Assembly: GCA_039096225.1 (NCBI GenBank)
Contig: JBBPEB010000030.1
Coordinates: 1,057,102 to 1,121,101 of the forward strand
Source of the DNA: Blastocystis sp. Blastoise
Taxonomy: Eukaryota > Protista > Bigyra: Opalinata
Direction of reading: 5' to 3'
DNA length: 64,000 nucleotides
The translations under genes were made by a program, and so were the position numbers. Shown piece by piece: positions 53,695 to 64,000 of this stretch; the stretch's first letter is position 1, and each line of letters opens with the position of its first letter. The notes beneath the pieces were generated by a model that saw only the letters and a list, made by a program, of their open reading frames with translations, was not told the DNA's origin and did no database searches.

Positions 53695-55406
53695 ACTTAT
53701 ACATATATATAAATACTTATATTCATATTATATATAGAGTATTAAGGTATAAGTAAATTGCTAGTATTATATTTAAATGACATCCCTGAATCACAACCTA
53801 TTCCTGATTCTATTCGAAATTCTATTGTATATATTATGTATTATAATAACATTCTTATTATTATTATAGAAAACAGTTGGTGAGTATATTTTCCGTTAAG
53901 GATGTATTTGTACTCCCGAATCAAATGAAGAAAAGCACGTGATATTCCATTGATTCCACTTTATAAATCAGATAGCTTTGTATATATATATATATATATA
54001 TATATTATTATTATATATTATCATAGACTTCTTAACAACATGGTTTAAGAATGCAATATATTTAAATGATGGTTATAAATCATTCTTCAATTTATTATAT
54101 ACTTTTGAACCTTCTCTGAAATCCATTTTAATTTATATACTTTATTATCTCGTTTTTTACTTACAATATTATATCATCAATTGACATATAATACAAAGAA
54201 GAGAAATAATATTTGTAAGTATCTATCTGTATATAAAGAAGTCTATAAATATGAATCGAATTATATTCCTCAAGATATTATGTATACATTATTAGCAAGA
54301 ATAGCTGATATTATTCAAATAACTCATTGTCCTTCTTCTTATATACCTCCTCAACTACATATATTAAAGAAGATAAATAGTCATTCTATTTCCTTTAATA
54401 TGAGTCATAATAGTTTAGAAGAAGTATATAGTTCTCCTTTTCCTCCTCCTCCTCCTACTACTAATTATTTCATAGGTGCATATAAAGATATAGAAAATGA
54501 TTTAATGGATGATAATGATATGGAAGTACCTGAAGAAGAAGAAATAGGATTAATGAATACTTATGAAGAGAAAGAAAGAGGAGAAGGGGAAGAAAAACCT
54601 ACTGGAGAACTGATTTATGGATTAAGTTATATACTGAATACTGTTGAAATTGAAGGTGAAGAAGAAACAGGAAAGAAGAAAGAAAAAGAAATGATAGATA
54701 TGTTTACTTATATAGGAAAAGGAGAAGAAGAAGATGATCATTGTATGTTTGTTATGTTTATTATAGTTTTATTATATTTATTATGGTTTTATTATGTATA
54801 ATATATAGCTATTGATGTTCAATATGTATATTCTCTTCTTCGTAATCAACTGAAAACCGCGAATAAAGAAGAAAAATATGATGTGAATATGATTTTGTAT
54901 ATATATATATATATATATTATTATATACAATCTATAGATATGTGAATCTCTCTTCATCTACTTATGTTATATGATCTTCTTAGTAAATATTTTATTAGGT
55001 ATATATATATAATATTTAATACTTATATCTTTAGATATACTTAATTATTCCCGTGGTTATATACTACTTTCCTCTTATCTTCTACTTCATCTTCCATCCT
55101 TACAGTGGCTTGTTGTCTTTATAAATCAATAATCGCGGGAAATACTTATTCTCAAGAATATTTTAATTATGTATATATATATTCACTTTATATTACTTTT
55201 GATGTAGCATATTATATATTATTTACTCTTTTATATTTGTTATTAATTATATAATATATATATATATAGATAGATATTAGACATACTACAAACAAGGCTT
55301 ATTATATACTTATAAACTACAGATACATCAATATATATACTGCTACATACCTCCTATAATACCAGCGTTTTATATCCCTCATTGAGAGCCATAATTATCA
55401 AAATAT

Positions 55407-55451
<45 letters not shown>

Positions 55452-55525
55452 AGTAACCATCTTAACCACGTTATATATTATCTTGCTAATAATAAAGAAA
55501 TCAACTGTTTAGAATCATATGTTTA
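51970..55525 (+). CDS. large multi-exon hypothetical (probably alpha-helical) protein; frames disrupted, possible pseudogene
   Basis: About 18 exons bounded by GT-AG, including ORF 54181-54742. Most join in phase, but several exons have stops in all frames. Confidence 0.55.
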
Positions 55526-55944
55526 GTATATATATATATATATATTTAAATCATTTTAAAGTTTTTTATTTTAGTAGTGTATGTACATATAAATATCAAA
55601 AGAAGTATGAAAAAAAAAATATTAACAAAATATATCATTATTGAAATTTTTTTATAATTAATAAGAAGATATGTGTTTTTATATTAAGAACAATATATTC
55701 ATATATTATAAGATAAATAATAAGATTTTCGAAAGATATTATTAGAATATATAATGTTCATTTGTATTGTTATTATAAAATAAATTATTATATAGTTTAT
55801 ATTAGAATAAAAAAAAAAATATGTTATATACAGTATGAATAAATAAATAGTTTGTAAATAAGATAAATTAGTATTATAATTAAAAGAATTTAAATATAGA
55901 AAAGGTTTAAATATATATATATATAAAATAAAAGAATAATATAG

Positions 55945-63175
<7,231 letters not shown>

Positions 63176-64000
63176 TATTAGAAGCAAATTAAAAATCACT
63201 GAAATTTATAAGAAATAAATTATTTTTGTAAATTTCTAAACTAAAAATAATGAAGAATCTGGAAAATTCTAGGAAATTTCTGAACTGTATATTTGTGGAA
63301 GTACTAAAATTTAATCAATTCAGGTTTAGTAAACATTCTTTTTTAATATTCTGTTTATGAATTAGTATTTATTATTTTTCAATTACTTTTGAAATAACCA
63401 TAGAAAATACTATTAGTTCTTAACTCTATATATTTGATATATATATATTTTTTAAATAAAAATTATTATACTTTGAAGATCAAACATATTCTCTTTATTT
63501 ATAAATAAAATTTATTGTTTAATGAATTTATTAATAAAGATGTAATGATATAAATATGGTTTATTCTTATAATTAATTTATTTTTATTATTAAAAGTATA
63601 ATTACGAAATTCTTAAAATTATATAAACTCTGTTTTGTTTTTAATGATACTTCTTGATATATATATATATATATGGATTGTTTATATTATTGTTTCAATT
63701 ATATATTATTATTTAGGAAATGCTGAAATAAAAAACGAAGTATGTTTCCTTTTTAATTGTCTTAATTGATCAAAAAGAAATATTATTATGATATAATAAA
63801 TATAAAACTAGTATGGATTCGTCACCTATGACAACGGCTAATATATATGTTTTTTTGTTTATAATATTATTTATTTGCTGTTGTTTGTTTATCTATAATC
63901 ATATTTAATATATGTATATTTATTATATACTTATTTATAAGACAAAAGAATAATATTTAAAAAATGAAAACTTCTTTTAATATTTTATAAGAATATTATC

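Noticed and set aside
53870-54180. Six in-frame stops read as Trp/Gln, taken as proof of a variant code
   Set aside because: Third-position bias and a stop-free alternative frame fit three single-base deletions equally well; kept only as an open question

Overview
Very AT-rich nuclear DNA of a microbial eukaryote with short, AT-repeat-rich spliceosomal introns. A Blastocystis-like stramenopile is my guess, based only on one TGTTTGTT 3'-end motif. About 41.6 kb (2859-44503) is a head-to-tail array of 52 5S rRNA genes (mean period ~797 bp). Its spacers carry a (TA)n tract and degenerate telomeric TTAGGG/TTTAGGG repeats, and the array ends in a perfect (TTAGGG)4 tract. Nearly all ORF-track entries from 3 to 44 kb are artefacts of this repeat. 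The left flank holds the 3' part of an Ig/filamin-like gene with an AT-AC (U12-type) intron and two tRNA relics. The right flank holds a divergent pair of spliced genes, followed at their 3' ends by three linker-less tRNA-like cloverleaves with compensatory base changes and mascRNA/menRNA-like geometry. This is the most novel observation. Further right are a fibro-slime/PA14-domain gene, a long multi-exon gene with broken reading frames, and a large intron-rich tyrosine recombinase (Crypton-like) gene. Several spliced ORFs contain isolated in-frame stops; this could be recoding, decay or assembly error and cannot be resolved here.
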